A stretch of DNA of 64,000 nt from Pelagomonas calceolata (lineage: Eukaryota). The notes below the pieces were generated by a model, which saw only the letters and a program-made list of their open reading frames with translations, searched no databases and was not told the origin of the DNA. The stretch lies in the NCBI GenBank assembly GCA_918797485.1, contig CAKKNE010000003.1, forward strand, positions 4,464,001-4,528,000. Reading direction: 5' to 3'. Every line of letters starts with the position of its first letter. Positions within the stretch are counted from its first letter, which is position 1. Below, in pieces: positions 54,201 through 64,000 of the stretch. Position numbers and translations under genes: made by a program.

Positions 54201-57200
54201 ACGCCGAGATCACGAACGAGCGGTTCTTGGTCTATCTCAACGACCTGTTGGGCTCGGCGGACATCGCGGGCCTGTACGCGCAGGACGAAAAGGACGAGGT
54301 GATCGGCTCGGTCACGAAGAAGGCCAAGGCCGCGGGCTTCGCGCCGGAGCCGGGGCCCGTCTACGACTTTTTCCTCCAGGAGGTGCGGCGGAACCTGCAC
54401 GTCTGCCTGTGCTGCTCGCCGGTCGGGCCCGATTTCTCGACGAGGTGCCAGCGCTTCCCGGCCCTCGTCAACTGCACGGTCATCGACTGGTTCCAGCCCT
54501 GGCCGGAGCAGGCCCTGTATTCCGTGGGCTGCAAGTTTTTGGAGGCCATCGAGGACCTCGGCGGCGACGCGGTGCGGGCGCAGCTGCAGACGTTCATGCC
54601 CGAGCTCGCGGGGAGCACCAACGCCATGGCCACGACCTTCAAGCAGATGGAGGGGCGGTTCGTCTACACGACGCCCAAGTCCTACCTCGAGCTGCTCAAG
54701 CTGTACTCGGAGCTGCTCGCCCGGAAAAGAGCCGAGAACGACACCGCGTCCCTGCGCCTCCAGAACGGCATTAAAAAATTGGAGGAGACGACGGCCGTCG
54801 TCGACGTCCTCAAGGAGTCCATCGCCGGGGACGTCGCCGACGCCGAGGAGAAGAAGGCCACCTCCGACAAGATCGCCAAGGTGTGCGCCGCCGAGAAGGA
54901 GGTCGTCGAGATGGAGACGGAGAACGCCAACATCGAGGAGAAGAAGGTGACCAAGATCGCCGCGGACGTCAAGGAGAAGAAGGAGTCCGCGGAGGCCGAC
55001 CTCGCGCAGGCCGAGCCCGCGGTCGAGGCGGCCATGGCCGCGCTCGATACGTTAGACGTGAAGGACCTGCAGATGTGCAAGACCATGTCCAAGCCCCCGC
55101 CGGGCGTCGACGACGTCTTCAACGCGTGCCTCGTGCTCCTCGCGTCGTACGACCCGGCCGTGCCGGTCCAGAAGTCCGGCAAGGTCAAGGACAAGGACCG
55201 CACCTGGGATTGCGCCAAGAAGGTCTTTTTGAAGGACCCCAAAGTGTTTTTAGACAACCTCAAGAGCTTCAAGACGGGCTTCGAGGAGGGGAAGGTCCCC
55301 GCCGTCAACTTCAAGGAGGTGCGGATGTACCTCGCGATGGAGCACTTCAAGCCCGATATTATTGCCGGCAAGAACAGCGCGGCGGGCGGGTTGTGCAACT
55401 GGTGCATCAACATCGTCATCTACTACGACGTGGTGTCGATGGTCGAGCCGAAGAAGAAGCTCGTGCGCGACTCCATCGCGCAGCTGGACGCGGCGCAGAA
55501 CCAGCTGGCCGACGTCAAGGCCAAGGTCAAGGCCCTCGAGGAGAAGCTCCAGCAGCTCATGATCGAGCTCAACGAGGCGAACGCGATCAAGGCGGCGGCC
55601 GAGGCGACGGTCGAGAAGGGCATGACGAAATTGGGCCTGGCGGAGCGCCTCATCAACGCGCTGTCGAGCGAAAACGCGCGCTGGAACCAGTCGGTCAAGG
55701 ACCTCGGCGTCGCGCGCGACTTGCTGGTGGGCGACACGCTGCTCAGCGCGGCCTTCATCTCCTACATCGGGCCCTTCACGAAGCAGTACCGCACGAAGCT
55801 CCTCGACGAGGAGTGGCTGCCGCGGCTCCTCACGCCGAAGAAGGGCGTCCCGGTGCCCATGTCCAAGAGCGCCAACCCCCTGTCGGCCCTCACGAACGAC
55901 TCCGAGGTCGCGCTCTGGCAGACGTGCAAGCTGCCGGCCGACCCGGTGTCGACCGAGAACGGGTCCATCGTGGAGCGGTCGACGCGGTGGCCCCTGCTCA
56001 TCGACCCGCAGCTCCAGGGCGTGGCCTGGGTCAAGGCGCAAAATTCAAAAGATCCCCAGAAGATGTTGAGGGTCGCGCGGCTGGGCACGAAGCAGCTCCT
56101 GCCGACGCTGAAGGAGTGCTTGGTGGGGGGGCTCCCCATGCTCGTGGAGAACATGGGCGAGCAGATCGAGGCGTCGATCATGCCCGCGGTGCAGCGCGCC
56201 AAGATGAAGCGCGGCGGCCGCTTCTTCCTGAAGCTGGGCGAGGACGAGATCGAGTACCACGACGAGTTCCGCATGTTCCTCCAGACGAAGCTGTCGAACC
56301 CGCACTACCCGCCCGAGATCCAGGCCGAGTGCACGCTCGTCAACTTCACGGTGACGCCCGCCGGGTTGGAGGATCAATTGCTGGCGCTGGTCGTGTCCAA
56401 GGAGCGGCCCGACCTGGCCAAGCAGAAGAAGCAGCTCGTGCAGCAGGAGAACCAGTTCAAGATCAAGATGATCGAGCTCGAGGACGAGATCCTGGCGCGC
56501 CTCGCGGCCGCGGAGGGCGACATCACGGAGGACAAGGACCTCATCGAGGGGCTCGAGGCGGCGAAGATGACGTCGAACGACATCAACGAAAAACTCGCCA
56601 TCGGCCGGAAGACGACCGAGTCCATCAATAACACCTCGGAAAGATTCAGATTGGTCGCGCGCCGCGGCTCCCAGATCTTCTTCATCATGAACGAGCTCGT
56701 CAAGATCCACACGTACTACATCTACTCGCTGAACGCGTTCGTCGTCGTGTTCCTCAAGGGCATCGAGGACGTCCAGGTCGCCGGCGCCGCGTCCTTCCCA
56801 GCTACTTCAACGTGCGCCGCCCGCTTTCGTGACCGTGCTCCGACGGTCGTCCGCCGCAGGCCCTCGACAAGCCCAAGGAGGAGAAGAAGAAGGGCGGGCT
56901 CCTGTCGCGCTTCAAGAAGGCCGCGAAGAAGGTGGTGAAGATGCAACGATTTCCCTGGAGCCGCGACATCCTGGGCGAGGCCTCCCACGCCGACGAGGTC
57001 GACCACGACTTGTTGATGAAGCTCCTGATGGGCGGCGGCAAGAAGAAGGCCGCGGCCAAGTGCAAGGAGGGGGATTTGGTCGAGTGCGACCTGTGCGTGG
57101 GCACCGTCAAAGCGGTCGTCAGGGACGGCGCCGCCTACGTCCTGGAGAAGCAAGATAAAACGGGGTTCCTGGTCATGCCGTCGGCGAGCTGCGAAAAGTT

Positions 57201-59762
57201 CGTCGACTACCCCGCGCGCTGCACGAAGCTGATCGACATGTGCACGTCGGTGTGCTTCAACTACGTCCGGCGCGGGTTGTTCGAGCGGGATAAGCTCATG
57301 GTGAGTTCGCTGTTCGTCATGACGCTGCAGATCGCCGACGCGAAGCTGAAATCGGAGTACATGATGACCCTGCTGGAGGGGCGGGGCGAGTCCGGGGAGC
57401 CCGCGCCCGAGGGCGTCGCGAGCTGGCTTCCCGAACTGGTCTGGCCCAAGGTGAGGGCACTCCAGAAAGATCAGAAGCAGGTGCCGCTGTTCGCGACCCT
57501 GATGCAAGCCATTGAGGAGGACCCGGCCGCGTGGGACGCCTGGTACAACAGCCCCCAGCCGGAGCAGACGCCCCCGCCGGGGGGCGACGCGCTCTCGACG
57601 TTCGAAGTCGTCATGCTGCTCGGCGCCATGCGCGGCGACCGCGTCACGATGGGCATGCAGAAGTACATCTCCGAGTGCTACGGCGACAACTACGTCTTCC
57701 AGCCGCCGTTCGACATGCGGCAGGCCTACACCGAGTCGACCGCCTCCACGCCCATGTTCTTCGTGCTCTTCCCCGGCGTCGACCCCACGGTCTGGATCGA
57801 GGAGATCGGCGAGAAGTTCGGGTTCACGACGGCAAAGAACAACTTCATCAACATCTCCATGGGCCAGGGCCAGGAGGCGCCGGCCGAGGCGATGATCGAG
57901 AAGATGGCGCCGCGGCGGCGTCCGGCGAGGCGCCCTTCGACGCCGCCGCGTCGGACGCGGAGCGAGCGCCGCCGCCGGGGCGCGCCACTCGTCCGGGGGA
58001 GCGAATCCTCACCGCCCCGAACCCAACGCAGGCCCAGGAGGGCGGCTGGATCCTGCTCCAGAACCTGCACCTCATGCAGAGCTGGCTCCCGCGGCTGGAG
58101 CGGAAGCTCGAGGTCTGCAGCGAGCACGCGCACCAGGACTTCCGCTGCTACGTGAACGCGGAGCCGCCCGGGTTTTCGTACCAAAAGAACATCCCCGAAT
58201 CGCTACTGCAGGGTTGCATCAAAATAAGCAACGAGGCCCCGTCCGACATCAAGTCGAACATCGAGCGCGCGTGGGCGCCCTTCGACCAGGCCAGACTGGA
58301 GGAGTCGAGCATGCCGGTGGAGTTCCGCGCGTGCCTGTTCGGGCTGTGCTTCTTCCACGGCGTCATGCTCGGCCGCAAGCGGTTTGGCCAGCAGGGGTGG
58401 TCCCGCGGATACGGGTTCAACATGGGAGATCTTAGCATCTGCGCGGACGTCCTGCAGAACTACCTCGAGGAGAACGGCGGGGTGGTGCCCTGGGAGGACC
58501 TGCGGTACATCTTCGGCGAGATCATGTACGGCGGGCACATCACGGACTTCTGGGACCGGAAGACGAACAACACCTACCTGGAGGTGTCGTTCCACGACGG
58601 CTTGCTGAAGCAGGCCGAGCTCGGCCACGGCTTCAACTCGCCGGACCCCCAGACGTGCACGACCGCCGCCGGGTATCTCAAGCACCTGGACACGCTGCCA
58701 GCCGAATCTCCCCTCATCTACGGGTTGCACATGAATTCCGAGATCGCCTACCTGAACAACGCCACGTCCTCGCTCCTGTCGACGATCCTGCGCCTGAAGG
58801 CGGGCGGCGGCGGCGGCGGCGGGAGCGGGGGCGGCAACATCTCGGCCATCATCGAGGAGCTCGAGGGCAAGCTCCCGCCCCTCTTCGACATGATCGACCT
58901 CAACGACAAGGCCCAGCCCATCATCAAGGGCAAGGACGGGCCCTACATCGTCGTGCTGCTGCAGGAGGCCGGCCGCATGAACGTGCTGACGGGCGAGATC
59001 GCGCGGTCCCTCGACGAGCTGCGGAAGGGGCTCCTGGGCCAGCTCAACATGTCGCAGAAGATGGAGGACCTGCTGAGCGCGCTCGCCATCAAGCAGGTGC
59101 CGGGCCGAAACCCCTTCCACACCGCGTCGTGGGAGAAGTTCGCCTGGCCCTCGATGAAGGGCCTGCAGGACTGGTTCGCGGACCTCATCCTGCGGTGCGG
59201 GCAGCTGACAGAGTGGTGCGCCATCGACGGCCTGCAGACGCCCATCTCCGTGTGGTTCCCGGGGCTCTTCAACCCGACGGCGTTCCTGACCGGCATCAAG
59301 CAGGTCACCGCGCGGCTCAACTCGCTGGCCCTCGACAAGATGGCCACGGAGACGCACGTGACGGCCTTCAACGGCCCGGAGGAGTGCGGCGAGCGGCTGC
59401 CGGAGGGCATGTACATCCACGGCCTCTTCTGCGAGGGCGCGCAGTGGGGCGAGTGCGAGAACGAGAAGTTCGACTACGTGGAGGACTCGACAGTGCAGTG
59501 CGCCGGTATACTCAGAGAGTCCAAGCCGAAGGAGCTGCTGCCACCGATGCCCATCATCTACGTCAAGGCCGTGCAGGTCCAGCCGTCGTGGGACCCGCAG
59601 TCCGTCGGCTACATCCGACCGGAGCCGGACCTCTACAACTGCCCAGTGTATCTGACGACGTTCCGCGGCCCGACCTGGGTCTTCGTCGCGACGCTCAAGA
59701 CGGACAAGCCCGCGTCGCACTGGGTGCTGCGCGGCGTCGCGCTCGTGGCGCAGCTCGACTAG
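48236..59762 (+). CDS. Axonemal outer-arm-type dynein heavy chain (~3,747 aa) with an ankyrin-like N-terminus; introns 49193-49267, 56777-56859, 57907-58031 (GC-AG)
   Basis: GPAGTGKTE, WGCFDEFNR, HYDWGLRAIKSVLVVAG, GPSGTGKT, GVGGSGKKS, RWPLLIDPQLQG, GGWILLQNLHL and EIMYGGHITD motifs. Spliced length is 11,244 nt. Confidence 0.93.
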
Positions 59763-59877
59763 GGGGGTTCCCCCGCGTAAGGCTCTCTTGCGTATGTTCG
59801 CAAGGCGCCCCGGGGACATGATAGTGCGGCCCGGGTTCACCGTCCATGGAAGGACTTATGGAAGGGGGACTCGGAGG

Positions 59878-60258
59878 CTAGGTTGGCATTTACCTGAGGG
59901 GTTATTTACCCCTGGCGCCGCCCGGGGTTAATAACCCGGGTAATTACCGGTTAGTGCGGGTTATTTACCTCAGGATCTTATAGAGGGGTAGGGGAGGGGG
60001 CCTCGTGGGCCACTGGCGCGGGCCTGGGCCGCGCCGGGCCACATGACTCGGTACTTGCCTTGGCGCACCTGTACGTATCCAAAAGCTCAACGGGCTGCTT
60101 GCGCCCATCCGCTCGCCCGGAGGGGTCTTTCGCTAATCGCACTAAACGGGTTTAGTCGAAAACCCGTCGGGTAATTTACCGGGTTATTTACCCCAGATCC
60201 CCTCCGAGGAGTGATAATGGGTAAATTACCGGTTATTAACCGGTTAATGCCAACCTAG
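59878..60258. mobile_element. hAT-like MITE
   Basis: TIR ctaggttggcatt(t/a)acc, perfect 8-bp TSD ctcggagg (59870-59877, 60259-60266) and subterminal ggtaattacc/ggttatttacc repeats. Confidence 0.92.
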
Positions 60259-60918
60259 CTCGGAGGTGAACTTCATTGATGAAGGGGGCCGCGACTTGGG
60301 CCGCGGTCCCCTAATTTGGGATTCGAGTCACCAGCCGCTTGGCCGGTGGCGATTTTGGCTGCGGGGTCCCAATGAGACCCTTTGTACGCCCCGAGACCGG
60401 GCTGGGGGGAAGGGGTCACTTTCGTAGCGAGAAGCGGTCGCGAAGTTGCCCATCTGCCAGTGGGGCCTGACGCGCGGGTATTTCAGGAGCCCCCGCACTC
60501 GGGGTCCGTGCTAGAGGGGCTAGCTCAATAAGCGACTCTCTCTCTCTCTGCTTCTCTCTCGCCACGTCTCTCGCCCCCGGGCTGAAAAATCAAAACTCCG
60601 AGTCGCTTCTATGCTGGTAATTTAGTCTCCCAGGGGCCCTCGGGTACCTATTGCGTGGGACGGATGCGTAGGCGCGGCCGGGTACTACTTGTACCCGATG
60701 AGCTGCCAGATAGGTCGCCTGACGCGGTCGTGCGGTAGTACTACCGTGACTAGCCTACTGAGTATTTGATTGCCCCAAGTTCGAGGCCGAACGAAGGGTT
60801 CTCGGCTAAGCAGGGCTGGCCTCCATATTATCCTCGTGGCGGCCCGCACGGAAGCACAGGTCCGACGGGTTCGATGGCAACAAATCACAACCAAGTTTTC
60901 CGACGGCAGTATCAGCTA

Positions 60919-61986
60919 CTATGGCGCGCCGTCAGCGAGACCCGTGGCAGCTTCAAACGCGGCCACCCAGGGCAAAATGCCAACCATATTCAGCTTGATT
61001 GGGTGCATTAGCTCCGGGATCGGGTGAGCGCGTCGTGCGCTGTCGCCTGCGATCAGATCGAGCACAGTCTTGAGTTGCGGCGGGTCCTGGGCCAGCTTCG
61101 CGGCATACACGGGCACGTCAAACAGCCGCTCCATGATCTCCACAACAGACGGGAGGGCGCATTCGAGAAAAAGCCGCGCCTGGACGACGCCGTCAAGCAA
61201 GCGCAATAGTATCCGTACCTGCTCGTCGGAGGTTGTCGTCACGTACAAGAAGTCCGCACGCCCCCCCCCGACCACGAGAAATGGTGATGCGTTGAGCAGA
61301 GGTTTGGCCGTGGGGCTACGAGCAAATCTCGCAAATCCCGCTTCGCAAGCGGGCGTGTGCATCCATCCGGGCGCCAGACCGACCACTGACCCGTTTGGAT
61401 ACAGGCGGAGGGTGGAACGGCGGTTATTCGTGATCCAGGCGTCGTTGCCGAGTCTCGCAATGATGGATGAGGCCACGAGCATATCATCGTGCACATACAT
61501 AACGCCACGGGCAGCTGCACCAACCGTTCGGATGACGAAGGCCAGGTTGGCGCTCGGTGAAATGACGCCACCGTCCCCGGGATACGTCAGCACGTACAGT
61601 CCCTTCCCTGCGGGGTATGGCGAGAGATCGGCCTCCAGGTCCGCCGGCGTCCACGGCGCCGGCGCTCCAGTAGTGCTGATTGGCACCGCCACAAACACGT
61701 CGTCGACGAGCCGAAGGCGCGACCACGCGGAAGCCCAGGCCGCGACCGTTGCTGAGCGAAGGCGCGTATTGAACTGGCCCATGACCACGGTGTGGTTGCC
61801 CGTGGTTCGTGGACGTCGCACGACGGTCACGACGCGCGACTGTACTGCAGCGGGGGCCTGCTTTGGACCATGCCAGGGGCGTCTACCTAATAATGCTCCC
61901 AGGGCAGCACCAATGCCAAGTCCTAGGCAGACATGCTTCCAGGCAGACATGCCTCCACGTGGGCTGCATCCTCGTCTGTGTCTCAT
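60919..61986 (-). CDS. Type II membrane protein, STELLO/DUF288-like glycosyltransferase-related
   Basis: Signal anchor; GVMYVHDDML, ADFLYV, FLECALPS and HPIKL motifs. Confidence 0.6.
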   Translation of the reverse strand: MRHRRGCSPRGGMSAWKHVCLGLGIGAALGALLGRRPWHGPKQAPAAVQSRVVTVVRRPRTTGNHTVVMGQFNTRLRSATVAAWASAWSRLRLVDDVFVAVPISTTGAPAPWTPADLEADLSPYPAGKGLYVLTYPGDGGVISPSANLAFVIRTVGAAARGVMYVHDDMLVASSIIARLGNDAWITNNRRSTLRLYPNGSVVGLAPGWMHTPACEAGFARFARSPTAKPLLNASPFLVVGGGRADFLYVTTTSDEQVRILLRLLDGVVQARLFLECALPSVVEIMERLFDVPVYAAKLAQDPPQLKTVLDLIAGDSARRAHPIPELMHPIKLNMVGILPWVAAFEAATGLADGAP

Positions 61987-62072
61987 TGCTTCTCATACTA
62001 AACAAATGTTGCAGGTCCAGCTATCCGATAACGGTACCATGGTACCACTCGGCCCTGCCCGGCCTAGATAGG

Positions 62073-62679
62073 TAGAGAGAGAAACCTACTAGCCCTTCCT
62101 ATCCTAGATATGTATCTCCCACTCTCTAATATTTGAGTCTATACATCGAGTGTCAAAAGCACTACGGTGTAACAACAGTTCACTATAAAACACTCTCGTA
62201 GTCAGGTTGGCCCAGCCCTCGGCTGGTGAGCTAAGACCCTGCTACTATACCGTGACATAACGCTGCGACATACTCTTGCTAGGTTATGGGCCCACAGGGT
62301 TCTGCCTATTGACGTAGAGTGTTTTACAGTGAATGCCTAGACAAGAAAAAACACCTAAAAAGAAATCCAAAAAGAAATCACCCCAAAAGAGCGAAGAAAG
62401 TGAATACCCAGCAATGGATCAAGCTGAAATGAATCGGCTCATACAAAACGCGGTCGAACACGTACAAGCTGAGCTCCAGCAGAAACACGAAGAACGTATC
62501 AAAGCGCTGGAAGCAAACCGCGAAGCGCAAATCAAAGTATACATCGACTCGGAGTGTCAAAAGCACTACGGTGTAACAACAGTTCACTATAAAACACTCT
62601 CGTAGTCAGGTTGGCCCAGCCCTCGGCTGGTGAGCTAAGACCCTGCTACTCTACATAACGCTGCGACATACTCTTGCTA
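62073..62679 (+). mobile_element. Internally deleted Ty1/copia retrotransposon: 5' LTR 62073-62281, PBS 62282-62295, gag-like start 62333-~62545, partial 3' LTR 62538-62679
   Basis: 5-bp TSD atagg (62068-62072, 62680-62684). GGTTATGGGCCCAC follows the LTR immediately. Termini are TAGAGAGAG...CTCTTGCTA. Confidence 0.9.
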
Positions 62680-63118
62680 ATAGGGGCAAAATTTAATAGA
62701 CGGATAGTCTACTGCGGTATGTTTCTAGTGGACTCTTGGGAGGCTAGTAGGCCGGTAGTGTTTTATGGTAGCAAAAGTGGGCTAATCGGCGACGTAATAG
62801 TGTGGTTCACGTCGGTCCTCAGGCTCTAATTTTTGGGATTCGAGCCTGAGTTCCCAGCCACCGTGACTTGGCCGGCGGCGATTTTGGCCAGGGCAGCCAC
62901 ATACGTACGCAGGTCCAAACTCGTACCCCTCCATGGAGCTACACACTTTATTTCCCCCTGCATCGCAATGCTCTCTCGGCCCCGCCGTTCCGACGAGGAC
63001 TTTTTCCAGCTTGGACGACGCAGACTCATATTCCGCCCAAAACATTAGTCCTTTTTCGACTATCACGAGACCCGACTCACCGGAATCCACTTTCACCAAG
63101 GTCATGCCCCTACTGCTA

Positions 63119-64000
63119 CTATGGCTCGCTTGCGTTGGTGGCCACAAGTAACGGATACATCGCAAAGATCTCACGAAGGCGGCGGCTGAAGTCGCGCAGG
63201 ATCGGCGCGTTCCGGCGGTCGCGCGCGTAATACGCCCGCCGCATCGCCGTCCGGTTCCGTAAATCGTCGAGAACGACCCAGTTCTTGTGGCAGGAATTGA
63301 CTTGGCACGTCGGCCGTTGGTCCAGCCGCGCCAGCTTTTCGATCTTCACGTCGCGGCTGTCCGATTCCTCGATGTAACCGTGACTCACGATGACGTCGTG
63401 CGCCAAGCGAATCAAATCCTCGTAGGTTCTCTGGTGGTAGTGAACGATTGCGAGGCCCTCTGCTTCCGGTGCGGACCGGTTGTGCCAGGCATGGCTCCCG
63501 AGGTTAAAGAATCGCCGTCGGTAGCGTGCCCCACTGTAGATCTGCTTATGCACGCCCGCGCGCGACATCTTGGCATGCTCGCCGTCGGTCGGCGGGCCGC
63601 GTTGGATCGCATCGACGTCGAACGCCCACGCCGTGCGCAGCGTGTCCGAGACGCGCGCCGGCGGGAGGCCGAGCCGCGACGTCGTCACGTCGGGCGCGCG
63701 CGCGCCCTGTGCCACGTGCGCGACGAACTCGTCGGTGTCGACCTTGATGATCCAGTCGTATCGCGCCTTGATCTCGTCGATCCAGCGCGCGAGGTTGTCT
63801 TCGATGTGGTTCAGATCGACGAGGCTGTGGCGGAGGTGGATGGGATAGCTCGCCGTCACGTCCTGGAGGTGGTCTTTTTGGGCGCCCGTGCTGCCGTCGA
63901 ACACGTAAAGGTGCTCGAAACCGTACACGTGCCCGTGCCACGCGAGCCACCGCGACGCCAGCGGCCAGTCGTCCTTCGTCATAATGACGAGGGCGACCTC
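63119..64000 (-). CDS. GT2/GT92-like glycosyltransferase (5' end outside the window)
   Basis: MTKDDWPLASRWLAWHGHVYGFEHLYVFDGS, WIIKVDTDEF and IVHYH motifs. Confidence 0.75.
   Translation of the reverse strand, partial: EVALVIMTKDDWPLASRWLAWHGHVYGFEHLYVFDGSTGAQKDHLQDVTASYPIHLRHSLVDLNHIEDNLARWIDEIKARYDWIIKVDTDEFVAHVAQGARAPDVTTSRLGLPPARVSDTLRTAWAFDVDAIQRGPPTDGEHAKMSRAGVHKQIYSGARYRRRFFNLGSHAWHNRSAPEAEGLAIVHYHQRTYEDLIRLAHDVIVSHGYIEESDSRDVKIEKLARLDQRPTCQVNSCHKNWVVLDDLRNRTAMRRAYYARDRRNAPILRDFSRRLREIFAMYPLLVATNASEP

Noticed and set aside
283..59762. Frameshifts or pseudogenes in CCT6, ALG3, PIG-Z, CMSS1 and dynein
   Set aside because: Every break is resolved by a short intron ending in YAG.
60311..60359. 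tRNA suggested by the ggattcgag B-box-like motif
   Set aside because: No cloverleaf can be folded; the second copy is interrupted by insertions.
62333..62605. Stand-alone 90-aa gene
   Set aside because: It is a truncated gag-like start reading into LTR sequence.
1..64000. Hundreds of long Arg/Ala/Pro-rich overlapping ORFs (e.g. 48068-50497 -, 42518-44458 +, 58203-59840 -)
   Set aside because: Shadow frames of real genes in very GC-rich DNA, with no recognisable motifs.
1..64000. Selenoprotein UGA readthrough
   Set aside because: The in-frame TGAs examined fall in introns or at true ends. No SECIS was recognised by eye, but no covariance search was run.

Overview
Eukaryotic, very GC-rich and gene-dense genomic DNA from a photosynthetic stramenopile, most likely a pelagophyte (Aureococcus/Pelagomonas-like). 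This is inferred from an FCP-type LHC gene, plastid-type leaders and the pelagophyte type of introner. About 30 protein genes are present, many split by short GT-AG or GC-AG introns that explain the broken ORF track. They include CCT6, ALG3, an ABC1 kinase, CMSS1, PIG-Z, a KRE2/GT15 mannosyltransferase, several Golgi-type glycan-modifying enzymes, and a ~3,750-aa outer-arm-type dynein heavy chain whose tail is replaced by ankyrin repeats. Many introns are introners (8-bp TSD supplies the donor, CTGTGTGGAAATCAA TIR supplies the AG) at all stages of decay. The AT-richer spacers are TE palimpsests. They hold a copia-type LTR family with TA...TA termini and 5-bp TSDs, a second LTR-like family, a hAT-like MITE and a 4-bp-TSD MITE. 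They also hold two rule-governed kinds of probable excision scar: XY-C-rc(XY)-G-XY insertions, shown to be insertions by aligning repeat copies, and stacked TA-(CC/GG/CCG/CGG)-TA runs. All intron and exon calls were made by eye and need RNA-seq confirmation.
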